Shown here: positions 1-12,349 of the stretch, in pieces | Position numbering within the stretch: position 1 is the stretch's first letter | How the letters are laid out: each line of letters opens with the position of its first letter | Assembly (NCBI GenBank): GCA_964016885.1 | Contig: OZ024740.1 | Coordinates: forward strand, 364,684,001 to 364,748,000 | DNA length: 64,000 nucleotides | Source of the DNA: Eledone cirrhosa | Taxonomy: Eukaryota | Direction of reading: 5' to 3' | Program-made: the position numbers and the translations under genes | Notes under the pieces: model-generated | What the model was told of the DNA's origin: nothing | The model's input: the letters and a program-made list of their open reading frames with translations, nothing else | Database searches by the model: none

Positions 1-742
1 CGTGTTTAAAGAGCCATAATATGCTTCTTGGGAAATACTATTTAACAGGAGACTTGTTGGCTGATATTCCATAGTCATATACTTTCACTTTGTTCACCTA
101 ACTTTAGATAGCCACTATTACCTGGCATACTTTTACTAATAAATACTTTAAGGAAAAATAAGAACACCACACTGCGTGTGTTTGTGCACATTTCTGTACT
201 ATTTATGTATATATGTAAAGTAGAGTGACTGTATCTATGAATGTGTGTGTTTGTCTTCAGTGAATGTACTTGTGTGTGTGTACAGGTACCACATGTGCAT
301 TGTTTCCTGATAAAGTTTTATTTTTAAAGCATCCATATCCTTTACATGATTCCCAGCTCTTATATCCACTGCCAACACCCCCTTCCAGATTTCATATCCA
401 CCACTAACATACCTCCCCAGCAAAGAATTTTTGATAATACTCTTTTTTGTATGGTCTGCCTGAATGTGTGTGTCTGTATATGAGTCAGAGGAAAGATGTG
501 CGATGTTTAACATGTAGCAACTGTATATACTAAAAAAATATGTGTGTGTGGTGTGTGTGTGTCTTCCTGTTTAGGTTGTTCTGGTAGATGTCTCCCACCC
601 CCAGCCATTTTTATCTACTTTCTTGGCTCAGTATTTGAGTCAAGAATAAGGTTTTGTAGTAAAGTCATATGCTGGCTTTTACATACTTTCTCCTGCTTTT
701 CATGGGAAAGGTGAAATTTATAAGCAAGTGTATATGGTAGTG

Positions 743-905
743 AAGGAGCATGGCTTAGAGAGTTCAATTCTCGAACCGAGTGATGTTTTGTGTCCTTGGG
801 CAAGACACTTTATTTCACGTTGCTTCTTCTGCCAGGAGTTGCAACTGGTAGATAGTATCAGCAATGAAAAGACCAATGGAAATATTGTTTCTGAGATCTA
901 CCTCA
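743..905 (+). mobile_element. SINE fragment (tRNA-like head remnant + CORE-like domain + family-E tail)
   Basis: GTTCAATTC B-box followed by TGTGTCCTTGGGCAAGACACTTTATTTCAC; homologous to the more complete copy at 10686-10905. Confidence 0.65.
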
Positions 906-1200
906 CTTGGCAAGTGAATGAGGTCTGGGATCTTGTCAATCGATCAGAGTGAGAGAGTATATGGTAGTGATGTATGCATATATATGGGAGTTCTATATAT
1001 GTATTTTCAAGAGTTTATGAAGTTTATATAGATATATTATGATGTATCTTACCAAAACACAACCACTGTACTCACTATATAACTAACATGTGCGCACTCT
1101 GAACATCACAATGCAGTTTCACAATTGAGAGGATCATGACAGAAGTCTGCTGAAATAACATCAGTGACTCTCGTAAACTCTGTGTGTGTGTATATATATA

Positions 1201-1533
1201 TCATCATCATCATCATCATCATCATCATTTTATGTCCGCTTTTCCTTGCTTGCAATGGTGGGACGGGAACTGATTCTGGCTTGATTTCTACAGCTGGATG
1301 CCCTTCCTAACACCAACCTCATTTACAGTGAGTGCTGGGTGCTTTTTTGCCGTGGCACCTCCACGACCACTTTGCAGTGGAATGATATGGACCCCAGTCC
1401 CTATCATCTCATTTCTACAGCTGAGTAAAATGGAGCAATGTGAAATAAAGTGTCTTGCTCTAGGAAGCAACACATCACCCGGTCTGAGAATTGAACTCCC
1501 AACCTTTCGATTGCAAGCCCAAGCTCTAACCAC
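1201..1533 (-). mobile_element. tRNA-derived SINE family B with CORE-like domain and RTE-type 3' tail
   Basis: Minus strand: GTGGTTAGAGC A-box, GTTCAATTC B-box, GAGCAAGACACTTTATTTCAC, GTTAGGAAGGGCATCCAGCTGTAGAAA, then CCCGTCCCACC..TGCAAGCAAGGAAAAGCGGACATAA and (ATG)n. Near-identical partial copies at 11462-11640 and 59689-59979. Confidence 0.85.
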
Positions 1534-1902
1534 ACATATATGTATGTATCCCGGGTTCAATCGGATATATATATGCCTCTGGTCACTTTATTCATGGTGT
1601 CCCTATTCCTTAACTATTTGTGTTCACTCTGAGGAGAAATTTATCAATTACTCACTCATTGAGTGCTTTGTGAATTTGATTGTTCATCTGCTATTGTGCA
1701 GCTGCAACTTCAGTTATACTCATTACTATTATATATATATATATTAATAATAATAATAAATACAAAGACCAAAATCCAGAGATAAACTTAATAAGGGTTG
1801 TATATATAAATCTGAAGAACAAATGTTTATTATTAACACAGATGATCCTGCTTAGGGTGAAAGCAGAAATTATTTGTTTAAACTTTTAAGCTGTGATAAT
1901 AA

Positions 1903-2068
1903 CTACTTTTGCACAAGGCCAGCAATTATCCCAGTGCATTACTGGTACTTTATTTTATCAACCCGTAAGGATGAAAGTCAAAGTTAACCTCGCCGGGATT
2001 TGAACTCAGACCATAAAGGGACATAACTCTATGCTGGAAAGCATGGCGTCTGACCCTCCACCGATACT
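1903..2068 (-). mobile_element. tRNA-derived SINE family A (Meta-like central domain)
   Basis: Minus strand GAGTTCAAATCCCGGCGAGGTTAACTTTGACTTTCATCCTTACGGGTTGATAAAATAAAGTACCAG; matches the copies at 14995, 30673, 37118 and 53300. Confidence 0.8.
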
Positions 2069-2152
2069 ACTACTAATAATAATATATATTAGCATGGGAA
2101 AATGGATGTAAAACAGAGATGATACACACACACACATATAGATAGATACATA

Positions 2153-2333
2153 CGAGGGTCAGCTGAAAAGTTTAATATACTCTCATAGAATTAACAAATG
2201 AGGTTCCTTTTTCAACATAATCCCTGGAAAGAAACAATGCAGTTATTAATTAGAAGAATTAATGCATGCAATATTTCACAGCTCAAGTATCACTCCTTCA
2301 TAGTCAGCCTATGAACTTTTCAGCCAACCTTCG
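2153..2333. mobile_element. mariner-type MITE
   Basis: TA-flanked; TIRs CGAGGGTCAGCTGAAAAGTT / AACTTTTCAGCCAACCTTCG. Confidence 0.7.
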
Positions 2334-2810
2334 TATAATTTAGTATAATGATATATGGTAGGTGTGTATATGTAGATATGGTAGTTTGTTTAGTTAGAAG
2401 GTTCTTGGCACATGGAATAATTTGTCAATAATTCTCCTAGCAACATGTTTTTCAGCTGAACGAGAAACTATTGACTGAAATTGTAATATTATACATTATA
2501 TGGGAGTTGGAGGTGGTGGGGTGGACAGCGAAACAAAAAACGTGTATGGAGAACAGCAAACTAAGTTAAGAAGTGGTATAAAAATAGCAATAGCCTGAAC
2601 AGCTGGTCTTTACTTTTAAAATGTTTGTAGTCGAATGAGAATAAGTGTGTGAGACACTGGATTATTGACTGATGCTAAGTCTCACCATGAATGATAAATT
2701 GGCAGAGTTGTTAGAGTATTGGGCTAAATGATTTACAGATTGTACTCTGAGGCCAAATCCTATCAAAGCTAACTTTTTACTTTTTATCCTTTTAGGTGTT
2801 ATTAAGTGAT

Positions 2811-3062
2811 TTCTTCTTCTTCTTCTTCTTCTTCTTCTTCTTCTTCTTCTTCTTCTTCTTCTTCTTCTTCTTCTTCTTCTTCTTCTTCTTCTTCTTCTTC
2901 TTCTTCTTCTTCTTCTTCTTCTTCTTCTTCTTCTTCTTCTTCTTCTTCTTCTTCTTCTTCTTCTTCTTCTTCTTCTTCTTCTTCTTCTTCTTCTTCTTCT
3001 TCTTCTTCTTCTTCTTCTTCTTCTTCTTCTTCTTCTTCTTCTTCGTTTTCTTCTTCTTCTTC
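2811..3062 (+). repeat. (TTC)n microsatellite, ~250 bp
   Basis: Directly visible, near-perfect. Confidence 0.98.
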
Positions 3063-3143
3063 CACAAAGTACCACTCTTGTTTTTTTTTAATTTTTAGAG
3101 AGATCGCCCCCCCCCCCCCCAAAAAAAAACTTGAAGTGTTTAT

Positions 3144-3365
3144 TATCATCATCATCACCATTTTATGTACGTTTTTCCACGCTAGCATGGGTTAAACAAG
3201 TTGTCCTGTTGTGGGCAATGCTAGGTCAGATGACCATGTCTTGCTCATACAGAACTGATTTTGGCTTGGTTTCTACAGCTGGATGCCCTTCCTAACGCCA
3301 ACCTCATTTACAATGAGTATTGGTGCTTTTTGTCATGTCGCCTACACAACCACTTTACAGTGTGG
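3144..3365 (-). mobile_element. SINE-B-like / RTE-tail fragment
   Basis: (CAT)n followed by TTTCTACAGCTGGATGCCCTTCCTAACGCCAACC. Confidence 0.7.
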
Positions 3366-3663
3366 ACTTGATGATCATTTATATCTTAATTAAAACCCTT
3401 CCGTCATAATTTTATGTGAAAACCTTTGTTAAGTTATGCTACAAATGCCAGTTTAATAATGAGAAAGTTATATTTTACTAAATCCCCCACCAAATTATTT
3501 TCAAAATAATTTGGAAAGCATAGGCAGGGTCTTTCATTGGAAATACGGTAATGGAAGAGTTAAACCCATGTCTTTACTACAACTTCAACCATTATAGATT
3601 TTGTCTTTCAACTATCAACAGCCCCCCCCCCCCCCTCTGTGATACATTTACTTACGTGTGTAT

Positions 3664-3745
<82 letters not shown>

Positions 3746-3894
3746 GTGTAAAATCTCTATACCCGCTCAACATCTCCCATGTATCGAGTACTCACATCAT
3801 TAGTGGTCTCCTCGGTCTCAGCACTGCAGACTCTATTATGTGTATGTATATATATATATATATACACATACACATACATGTGTGAGTGTGTAAT

Positions 3895-3930
<36 letters not shown>

Positions 3931-4626
3931 TATATATGCGTGCATGTGTGTGTGTATTTATACCTACCTAGCTACTTTGGTCTGATCTGATGATTGAACT
4001 ATCTGTTGGTGCATTGGTAAAACCAATCAAAATATAAATTCTTGTGTTTGAAACTCTCTAAAATCCTAACTACAATAAAGGAAGGTCTGCAGGATTGCGT
4101 ACTGTTTATTTTTTTTTTAATCCTGTTTGTAAAACAAGTTGGATTACTTTGAATAAATAATGAATGAATATTACAGAATTTATCTACTAAATTTCATGGC
4201 TGTTGATTAAATATATTTTAAGATTCACTTTAAAATTTCTGAAATGTCAACACTTCCAGTGGCGATCACTTAAATAAACATACTAATTTTCCATCACTAA
4301 TTTTCTTCTAATGCAGTTTATATATAATATCGTCTTTTTTTAATGTATCATGGATTACGTTACTGATTACATAAGACAGTGTAACAACGTCTTCGTTCAA
4401 TTTCTATGTATTATATATTGTCAATTGCGATTTTATTTGATGTATCATATCTACATGTATATATACCTGCGTATAATATCAATATACACACTACACATGC
4501 TAGCAGAAAACCACCCGAAGGGTGGTTTTTCTGCTAATCTCCATAATAATCTTGTGCTTTAGTCCAGAGGAACATAGCAATGTTTAACCAAACAAATGGA
4601 AATTATTAAATTATTAAAGTATGTCT

Positions 4627-4804
4627 GTATGCACTATTTTTATGTGTGTTTTCTATTTGTGGAAGTACTTGTATCAAAGTAAACTATGTATGCATTATTT
4701 TATATATGTATTCAATTTGTGAGAGCACTTGTATCCAAATAAACTATGTATGCACTATTTTCTGTGTGTATTCTATTTGTGAGAGCACTTGTATCTAAGT
4801 AAAC
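4627..4804 (+). repeat. ~60-bp tandem repeat, 3 units
   Basis: GTATGCACTATTTT...CTATTTGTGAGAGCACTTGTATC.AA.TAAAC recurs with a ~60-bp period. Confidence 0.85.
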
Positions 4805-5066
4805 GTGATGACTGGTGGAGCGTTTACTTGTATGTCAAAGAAAATTACTTCAATTTCTGTATTTGTCCAATTGTGTTGACAAGACAAAATGTTTTGTTAC
4901 CCAACACCAGACAGTATAGCGTCCTGTTTAGTAACAACATCTGCAGTATTTCAACATGTTGATAACTACAGCCATCTTTATTTTGTACCAGTAAATGTTG
5001 TTGTGTTTCTTTCTTTACAGTGTGTATGTGTGTACACGCACATATATACATGCACATACACACATT

Positions 5067-5099
<33 letters not shown>

Positions 5100-5568
5100 G
5101 ACATTAATGTGTTTATGTTCTTGAAAGATTGTGTTCTGTTTACTTTTTTTTAAATCGTCTTTGTAAACACAAACTGACATCAGTAATAGGAATGTGTACA
5201 CACAAGCACAAGTAAACGCACACTTATGCACACGTATGCTTGCATCTGCTGCTCCTTCATCCACTTGCAAACTTTTACGTATACATGCATGCATTCTTAC
5301 AGATTTTATTCTGTTGTCAGGTTATTTCATGACAAATCCTTGATGCACTGGAGAATAGACCTAATATCTATAGTAGTTATGAGATGTAGTAAGTAGTTAA
5401 AAATAATGCTATCTATAGAACTAATGAAATGCTAATGTTTTCAATGTAATTTAGCTAATTTAATAAGATTATTCAATGCCGCTCATAACTCCACTCATGT
5501 CTTCATTGCCATGTGTATAGTTTATGTTAAAAAACCTTTTTTGTTGGTGTTTTTTGTTGTTGTGTTAA

Positions 5569-5827
5569 ACCTTTTGTTACCATATTTCTAACAGAAAACT
5601 CTGCCTATGATTTTCAAATCACTTTGAAAATAATCAAGAATTTGGAGTAATTTAGTAATATAACTAATTTTCTTGTTATTATGATGGTGTTTGGAATATA
5701 AATTAAAAATGATTTTTACATAAAATGATGATGAAAGGATTTTAGATAAATATAAACACTTTAAAATAAACAGTTTTGTATCATAAAAATAGGAGGTAGG
5801 CTTCATGCAGTTTAGTATCAAAAAGAG
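5569..5827. mobile_element. TTAA-flanked MITE family D (piggyBac-like)
   Basis: TTAA at both ends; body CTGCCTATGATTTTCAAATC..GAAAATAATCAAGAATTTGGAG. Other copies at ~15653-15876, 34257-34471 (reverse), 34755-34880, 37918-38132 and 43474-43690 (reverse), plus fragments. Confidence 0.7.
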
Positions 5828-6258
5828 TTAAAACTATTTTGTTGTTTTTATAGAATACAACAAACATGGTCATCTGGGAAAAGGGAGTGCACATTGAAGA
5901 AGTGAGAATGATTTAGTTGTGTTAAACCTAAATAATAAATTTGGAGTAATGATTTAATTATCACATCCATTTGTTTATTAGGAAAAAGTTTGCCCTCACT
6001 ACAGTTGCAAACTTGATGAGATTCATTGAAACATTTGCCAAGGCTAAAATGTCAGAGCAGACGCTGGTCGAATGTTAAAAAAGGTCGAGAACTTTTGCTC
6101 CTTTCTTCATATTAAACACTGTATTATTGAAGAGAATATATTGTCTTGAACAGGTCACAAACAAGATGTTATAAATTGTTTGTAAGCCTGTCTCTTTCCT
6201 GTTACAAAATAAATTTTTGCTTTATATGTATATATATATATATATATACATACACACA

Positions 6259-6334
6259 CAGGGTGTCCCCCAAAATGTATACACTTATTTATTAGAATGC
6301 TGTTGACGTGTGTATATATTTTGGGGGGACACCC

Positions 6335-6336
<2 letters not shown>
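6259..6336. mobile_element. Tc1/mariner-type MITE
   Basis: TIRs CAGGGTGTCCCCCAAAA / TTTTGGGGGGACACCCTG; related copy at 17765-17865. Confidence 0.75.
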
Positions 6337-6378
<42 letters not shown>

Positions 6379-6925
6379 TAGGTAACTTATAAATCACTTG
6401 AGTTCATATAGCTGACCACAGCAGATAATGACCCCCTACTCTGCTCTTCCTCGAGAAGATCATATGATATTTACTGCACTTTCTTCTTTCTCCTGCTATA
6501 TCTCTTCTTCCTTATGAACCAATAAAGAAAAACTGCCCTATTTCCCCTAATGCACTCAGCACTCCACACTCTGCACACTGCTATATTTAAGTAGTCTTGA
6601 CAGATTTACATCCATTTTCCCTATGTTAGCATTCCACCTGACAATTTCCACAATTTTACAAATGAATTATCACTTCAAGCAGCTTTATTATTATTTTCAT
6701 CACCAACATCACCACCATGCCATCACCACCACAACCATCATCATTATCATTGTTGTTGTTGCCAGATGCTTGCCTTCCTTGACATGCTAACTATGAAGTA
6801 GAAATAAGTACTTGTTTGCCGGCCGAGTGTACTGAGCCGAGTGCTGAACTTTGATCAGAGGAGTTAGAACAACTGTAACAAACTTACTTTTCCTCATTCC
6901 CCTCACCACTCTCTTACTCTCATTG

Positions 6926-6997
<72 letters not shown>

Positions 6998-7054
6998 TCA
7001 TCATTCACACACACATGCAAGTTTCCTCAACCAGTCTCATCTTTCATTCACTGA

Positions 7055-7370
7055 GTCCCTCTGCATGGCACCTTGGGCAAGTTTTGTCTCGTATAGCTTC
7101 AGGTTTACCAATGCTTTGTCAGTGGAATTTGGTAGATAGAAAATGCAAAAGCCTGGCATGTGTGTTTGTATGTTTATATCCCATAACTGAGCAGTTCGAC
7201 TAAAGAGATATCGATAAAATAAATACCATACTCTACTCGGATTTAAAAAAGAAACAAAACAAAACAAACAAAAAAATATACTGGGGGTGAATATCATCAA
7301 CTACCCCCCCAGGTGATGCCCCAGCATGGCCACAGTCTAATGACTGAGTTCAGTGGAAGTGTAAAAGATT
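7055..7370 (+). mobile_element. Two adjacent decayed SINE fragments
   Basis: CATGGCACCTTGGGCAAG...TTTGGTAGATAGAAA (also at 16330-16470, 18830-18980 and 38410-38570 reverse), and GATAAAATAAATACC...CCCAGCATGGCCACAGTCTAATGACTGA (also at 23520-23620 and 38180-38330 reverse). Confidence 0.6.
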
Positions 7371-7644
7371 AATTTATTATTTTGTTGTTCTCTTAATAAA
7401 ACCTTATTTGTATACCTGTCAAATAGTGGAAAAATAAAATATGTTTCAGCCATTGGAAGTCATTCATAGAAGAGACGGGGGGGGGGGGGGGGTCAGTGTG
7501 TCAGTACAATGACCAGAGGTGTTGAAGCTTAACTGTGAGTTCCCAACAGTCATCCCCCATATGTACTCTCTCATTAGCTAGGCAACATACACACACACTT
7601 ATCAGTGTGGCTGAGTTGGAAATCCTTTGTTAGAAACATCACTG

Positions 7645-7699
7645 GGTCTGTGTGTTTGTGTGTGTATGTGTGTGTGAGAGAGAAAGAGAAAATGAGAGA

Positions 7700-7753
<54 letters not shown>

Positions 7754-8312
7754 TCGAGAGAAAAAGAGAAAATGAGAGTTTGTGTGTGTTGAGAGAGAGA
7801 GAAAGTGTATGTATGTGTTGAAGAAGGGAGAGTGTATGTGTGTATGTTGAGAGAAGGAGAGTGTGTATGTTGAGAGAGAGTGTGTATATGTTTAAGGAGG
7901 GAGAGAGAGAGTGTGTATGTTGAGAGAAGGAGGGAGGAAGTGCATGTATTGAAGGAGGGAGAGTGTGTGTATATGTTGAGAGAAGGAGTGTGTTTTAAGA
8001 GAAAGAGAATGTGTGTGAAAGAGAGTATGTGAGAGAGAGAGAGAGAGAGAGAGAGAGTGTGTGTGACAGAGGGTGTGTGTGTAAGAGAGAGAGAGAGTGT
8101 GTGTAAGAGAGAAAGTATGTGTGTGAGAGTGTGTGAGAGAAAGAGAGAGTGTGTGTGTGAGAGAGAGTGTGTGCATGAGAGAGAGAGAGTATATGTGTAA
8201 GAGAGAGAGAGAGAGATAGGGAGTGTGTGTAAGAGAGATAGTATGTATGTGAGAGTGTGTGTGTGTGTGAGAGAGTGTGTGTGTATGAGAGAGAAACAGA
8301 TACAGACACACA
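7645..8312 (+). repeat. Compound (GA)n/(GT)n low-complexity tract
   Basis: Directly visible. Confidence 0.95.
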
Positions 8313-9238
8313 GTAAGAGATTTCCATGGAAGCTGCTATGATCTGTCATCACTACCATTGCTGTTGTGTCACACACTGCCAAACTATCACTACACATCAA
8401 TTCCCTCCTACCTCTGTTTGTTGTTATTTCATCTATAGCCATCCAACTTGGTGAAAATTTATCAATTTTTATATCTCCACAACCACCCACCCACCCCGCC
8501 CTTCCATCCACATTGTTGTTTTTGTGGTTTTATTTTTGGGGAGTATTTCTTGTATGATATTTTTGTTGATGTTATTTATTTTATATTTTATGTTTTCCTC
8601 CAAATGTTTTCTGTTAATATTTTTGTTGTTGTTCCTTTAAATCACCTGTGTGTGTGTTTGTGTGTTTAGGTGTGTATACAGGACTAATACTTTCTATGTC
8701 AGTGCTGCACACACCATTGGTGTTGTCAGGTAGGAACATCAAGCCATTTGTGAGAAACACTCAATTGTCATTGTCATTAACCAAATGCAGCAACTTTCTG
8801 CCTTTCAGATGCTAAAGACAGACATTAAACAACTCATCCACCACCAAAGGCTTTCCTGTTTAGTACAAAACTTCAGGGCTGCCACCATTAATGTTGGCAT
8901 GATGTACATGTGCAATAAATAAGATGGTATACCTCAACCAGACTCCTTTCAGCAAGGAACAGCAAGTGGTTAATGACATTGAAATTTGTAGAGTAGTTAT
9001 ATTAGTTACAGAGAAAAAGATACATTCATTGATGTACTCAGAGAATGTGACAGAATAATTAAACCTAGACTAGCCATAGGCAAGACAACAGCAACAGTGA
9101 TCTCTACAGATGTACTATAAACACAACTGACAGACAACTAAGATCATTTCTATGGGGTCATCCTATAGACTACCTCGATAACAGATGACTGCAACAAAAC
9201 CACCACTGGTTCTATGACACAAAACTGTTTATGTTTAA

Positions 9239-9563
9239 CCCTTTAGCATCTAAACTGGATGTATCTGGCTAGTATTCTCTTTTCTCTTTCAGTTCAAACC
9301 AGCTGCTCATACTGATGTTATGGTATTGTTCTCAAATTAAATAATATCAAAACCTCGTAGATTCGATATTATGTGAGATAAAGCTTTTACTGTGAAAATA
9401 TAATAGTATATATAGAGTAATCATCATCATCATCATCGTTTAACGTCTATCTTCCACGCTAGCATGGGTTTAGACGGGAATTGTCCCACTTGAGGCAAGA
9501 TTGGTCGGAAGACCGTGTCTCGCTCGTATAGGACTGCCTGACAGTAATGTAAATGCTAAAGGG
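9239..9563. mobile_element. TTAA-flanked MITE family C (piggyBac-like), with a nested RTE 3' tail at 9420-9543
   Basis: TTAA-CCCTTTAGCAT ... ATGCTAAAGGG-TTAA; the nested piece is flanked by an AGTAAT duplication. Confidence 0.85.
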
Positions 9564-9645
9564 TTAAAGCGTTTATATTTATCTAAAAAATTTCCATGAT
9601 AATTGCTTCTTATATTCCAAACACCATCTTAATAATAAGGAAGTT

Positions 9646-10035
9646 CTGTATACATTCAAATATAAGCCGATCCGAATATAAGCCAAGGCAGGTAATCAAC
9701 ACATTATGTTTAGATGGCAGAGATTTGAAATTCTCATGAGTGGAGAATATATTTATGAAGTTTTAAAATTTTTAAGTGTCATTTAGAGTATAGTTTATAT
9801 TTCACAATTCCATTACATAATGATTTTTTTTTTTTACCAATTTGTGACTGTCTTGAAGGCCATATTCATTCAAAACTCATAAAAAACAATATAAATTTCA
9901 CTTCCAAAGCGAAATATTTTAGCACCTCATTTACATAGAATTTTAAGATGGCAAAAAATCGGCAAAATATTGACCCGCATTTTACCATCAAATTTTTTGT
10001 CACATATTTCTTGGCTTATACACAAATATATAAAG
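9646..10035. mobile_element. Decayed Tc2/pogo-like non-autonomous DNA transposon
   Basis: Ends CTGTATACATTCAAATATAAGCCGATCCGAATATAGCCAAGGC and TTGGCTTATACACAAATATATAAAG resemble the CCGTATATACTCGAGTATAAGCCG type of TIR. Confidence 0.5.
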
Positions 10036-10685
10036 TAGTTAGTTTATTAAGTCTTTCCAAATTCTTAAATGTGGTCATGGACATGTGAGGCAACATCATG
10101 ATGGCCATTCCAATGTAAATTGAGGACATGGTTATGGAGAGGAAGCAATGATCTTGGAGTTCTGTGCTATGAATGACAATCATTTGCAACACTAACTTCA
10201 GGAACTCAGCAGCTAGCTACGGTTATCTTGTTGAAGTGTGACAACTTCAGGAGACACACATTGGGAGAGGTCTTATATTTCTTGTGTTTAGGGCCCTGAG
10301 CACGACTGGCTGTGGATGTTGCATATCTATTGGCCTGTAGTACCTTTAAGAATCGCATAGTATGGATGACCTGGTCCACAACCTTGCTGACTACTCTTCC
10401 TCAGAGCTTGCTGGTCTTGTAGTAGCCCTAACCACGAATCTATGTATTTCTTGGCATAAATCTTTGGATCAATTATTCTTATCTACTATTATACTTATTC
10501 CTCCTCCCCCTCTCTCTCTCAGTCTCTCCCTCTCTCTTTCTCAATTAACAAGTCAAGTACTTTTTTTTTATAATTATCCAGCTGTTGTCACTTAATTTTC
10601 ACCTCCCATACATGTGCATTTGTAAATTTTTGTTCGACAATGTATTCATTTATTATATATGTTTACATGTATGTTTACATGTGTG

Positions 10686-10905
10686 AAGGTGTGCGGCTGA
10701 GTGGTTAGAGAATTGGATTCACAATCTTGAGGTTGTGAGTTCGATTCCTGGACCGGGCGATGCATTATGTCCTTGAGCAAGACACTTTATTTCACGTTGC
10801 TCCTTCTACCTGGAGTTGCGACTGATAGATAGTACTAGCAACTGGAAAGACCGATGGAAACATTGTTTCCTCGGTCCGATTTGACGAAAGTTGATCGACT
10901 AAGAT
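10686..10905 (+). mobile_element. tRNA-derived CORE-like SINE family E with (ATGT)n tail
   Basis: GGCTGAGTGG A-box, GTTCGATTCC B-box, TGTCCTTGAGCAAGACACTTTATTTCAC; reverse fragment at ~24990-25135. Confidence 0.8.
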
Positions 10906-10993
10906 GTATGTATGTATCTGTATGTATGTCAAGGTGTATGTGTGTGTGTGTATATATCTATGTATGTATGTCAAGGTGTATGTATGTCATCTA

Positions 10994-11081
10994 CAGGGTG
11001 TGTGAAAAGAAACGCCCTATTTACACACACACACACGTGTGTGTGTGTGTGTAAATAAGGCGGCTTTTTTCATACACCCTG
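10994..11081. mobile_element. Tc1-type MITE forming a full hairpin
   Basis: TA-CAGGGTGTGTGAAAAG...TTTTTCATACACCCTG-TA with a (CA)n(TG)n centre. Confidence 0.75.
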
Positions 11082-11271
11082 TATATTGTATGCGTGTGTA
11101 TATACACTCATGTTGTCAAAGGTTTATACTATCTGTATTATGCTTGTATATATGTAAAGCTATTTGTATTAATGTGTCTACATCCTTATGACTTTGTGAA
11201 AATGTTTTTAAGCATACATGTATTTTATACACACACATATGTATGAATAAAAAAGGGTCATTAATAGGTGA

Positions 11272-11328
<57 letters not shown>

Positions 11329-11461
11329 GTATGTATTTATGTGTATAAATATATGTATGTATGTATGTATTTATGTGTATATATATATGTATGTGTATAT
11401 ATATATGTATGTATATATATATGTATGTATATATATATATATGTATGTATATATATATGTA

Positions 11462-11640
11462 TCATCATCTTTTACGTCCACTTTTCCCTGCTTGCAAGGG
11501 TGGGACGGGAACTGATTCTGGCTTGATTTCTACAGCTGGATGCCCTTCCTAACACCAACCTCATTTACAATGAGTGCTGGGTGCTTTTTGCCGTGGCACC
11601 TCCACGACCACTTTACAGTGGAATGATATGGACCCCAGTA
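11462..11640 (-). mobile_element. SINE family B, 3' part
   Basis: Near-identical to 1220-1400. Confidence 0.85.
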
Positions 11641-12349
11641 TATATATGTATATAAATATATATATATATATATTCATTTATTTATATGTATGTATATATA
11701 TATAAATATATGTGTGTATGTATATATGTATATATATATATATATATATATGTATTCATTTATTTATTTATATGTATATATATGTGTATGTATGTATATA
11801 TGTGTGTGTATATATATGCATGTGTGTGTTTGTATATATATATATGTGTGTGTATGTATGTATGTGTGTGTGTATATATATGTGTGTGTGTGTGTGTGTA
11901 TTGAAAGCATGATTCTATATCCATCAGAACCACACACACACCACAGAATGTGGTGTGTGTGTGTATGATCTTCTCTTGTATGATATATAAAAGCTGTGAA
12001 TGATATCATATATATATATATATGTGTGTGTGAATGATATCACATACACACACACACACATACATGCATGCATGCACACTGATGCACACACAAACACAGA
12101 AGGTGGTGAAGTGTGCTGTGTGTATGTGTAGATGTTATTCTCTTGTACAGTGTATGAAAGCTGTGAATGATGTCACACTTAGTTCCACAGAAGAACCTGA
12201 GGACTGATTATTTTCTAATCTCTACAGTTCAGCTGGAAAACTGCCAGCACAGAGAGAGAGAGACTGAGTGTGGGAGATAGACAGACAGGGAGAGAGTGAT
12301 GAAGGGAGACAAAGAGAGGAGAAAAAGAAAGGGATAGAGAGATATAATT

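Noticed and set aside
2662-3195. Poly-R/K/F/E/S ORFs
   Set aside because: Translations of (TTC)n.
4627-4804. Regularly spaced repeats as a CRISPR-like array (also 20610-20735 and 33540-33800)
   Set aside because: Whole units are similar with no unique spacers; eukaryotic context and no cas genes.
7639-8511. 290-aa minus-strand ORF
   Set aside because: Mostly (CT)/(CA) repeat; the non-repeat part has no recognisable motif.
10686-10770. SINE heads as real tRNA genes (also ~1480-1533, ~21785-21850 and ~52820-52885)
   Set aside because: Acceptor stems do not close and the heads run into SINE bodies with no terminator.
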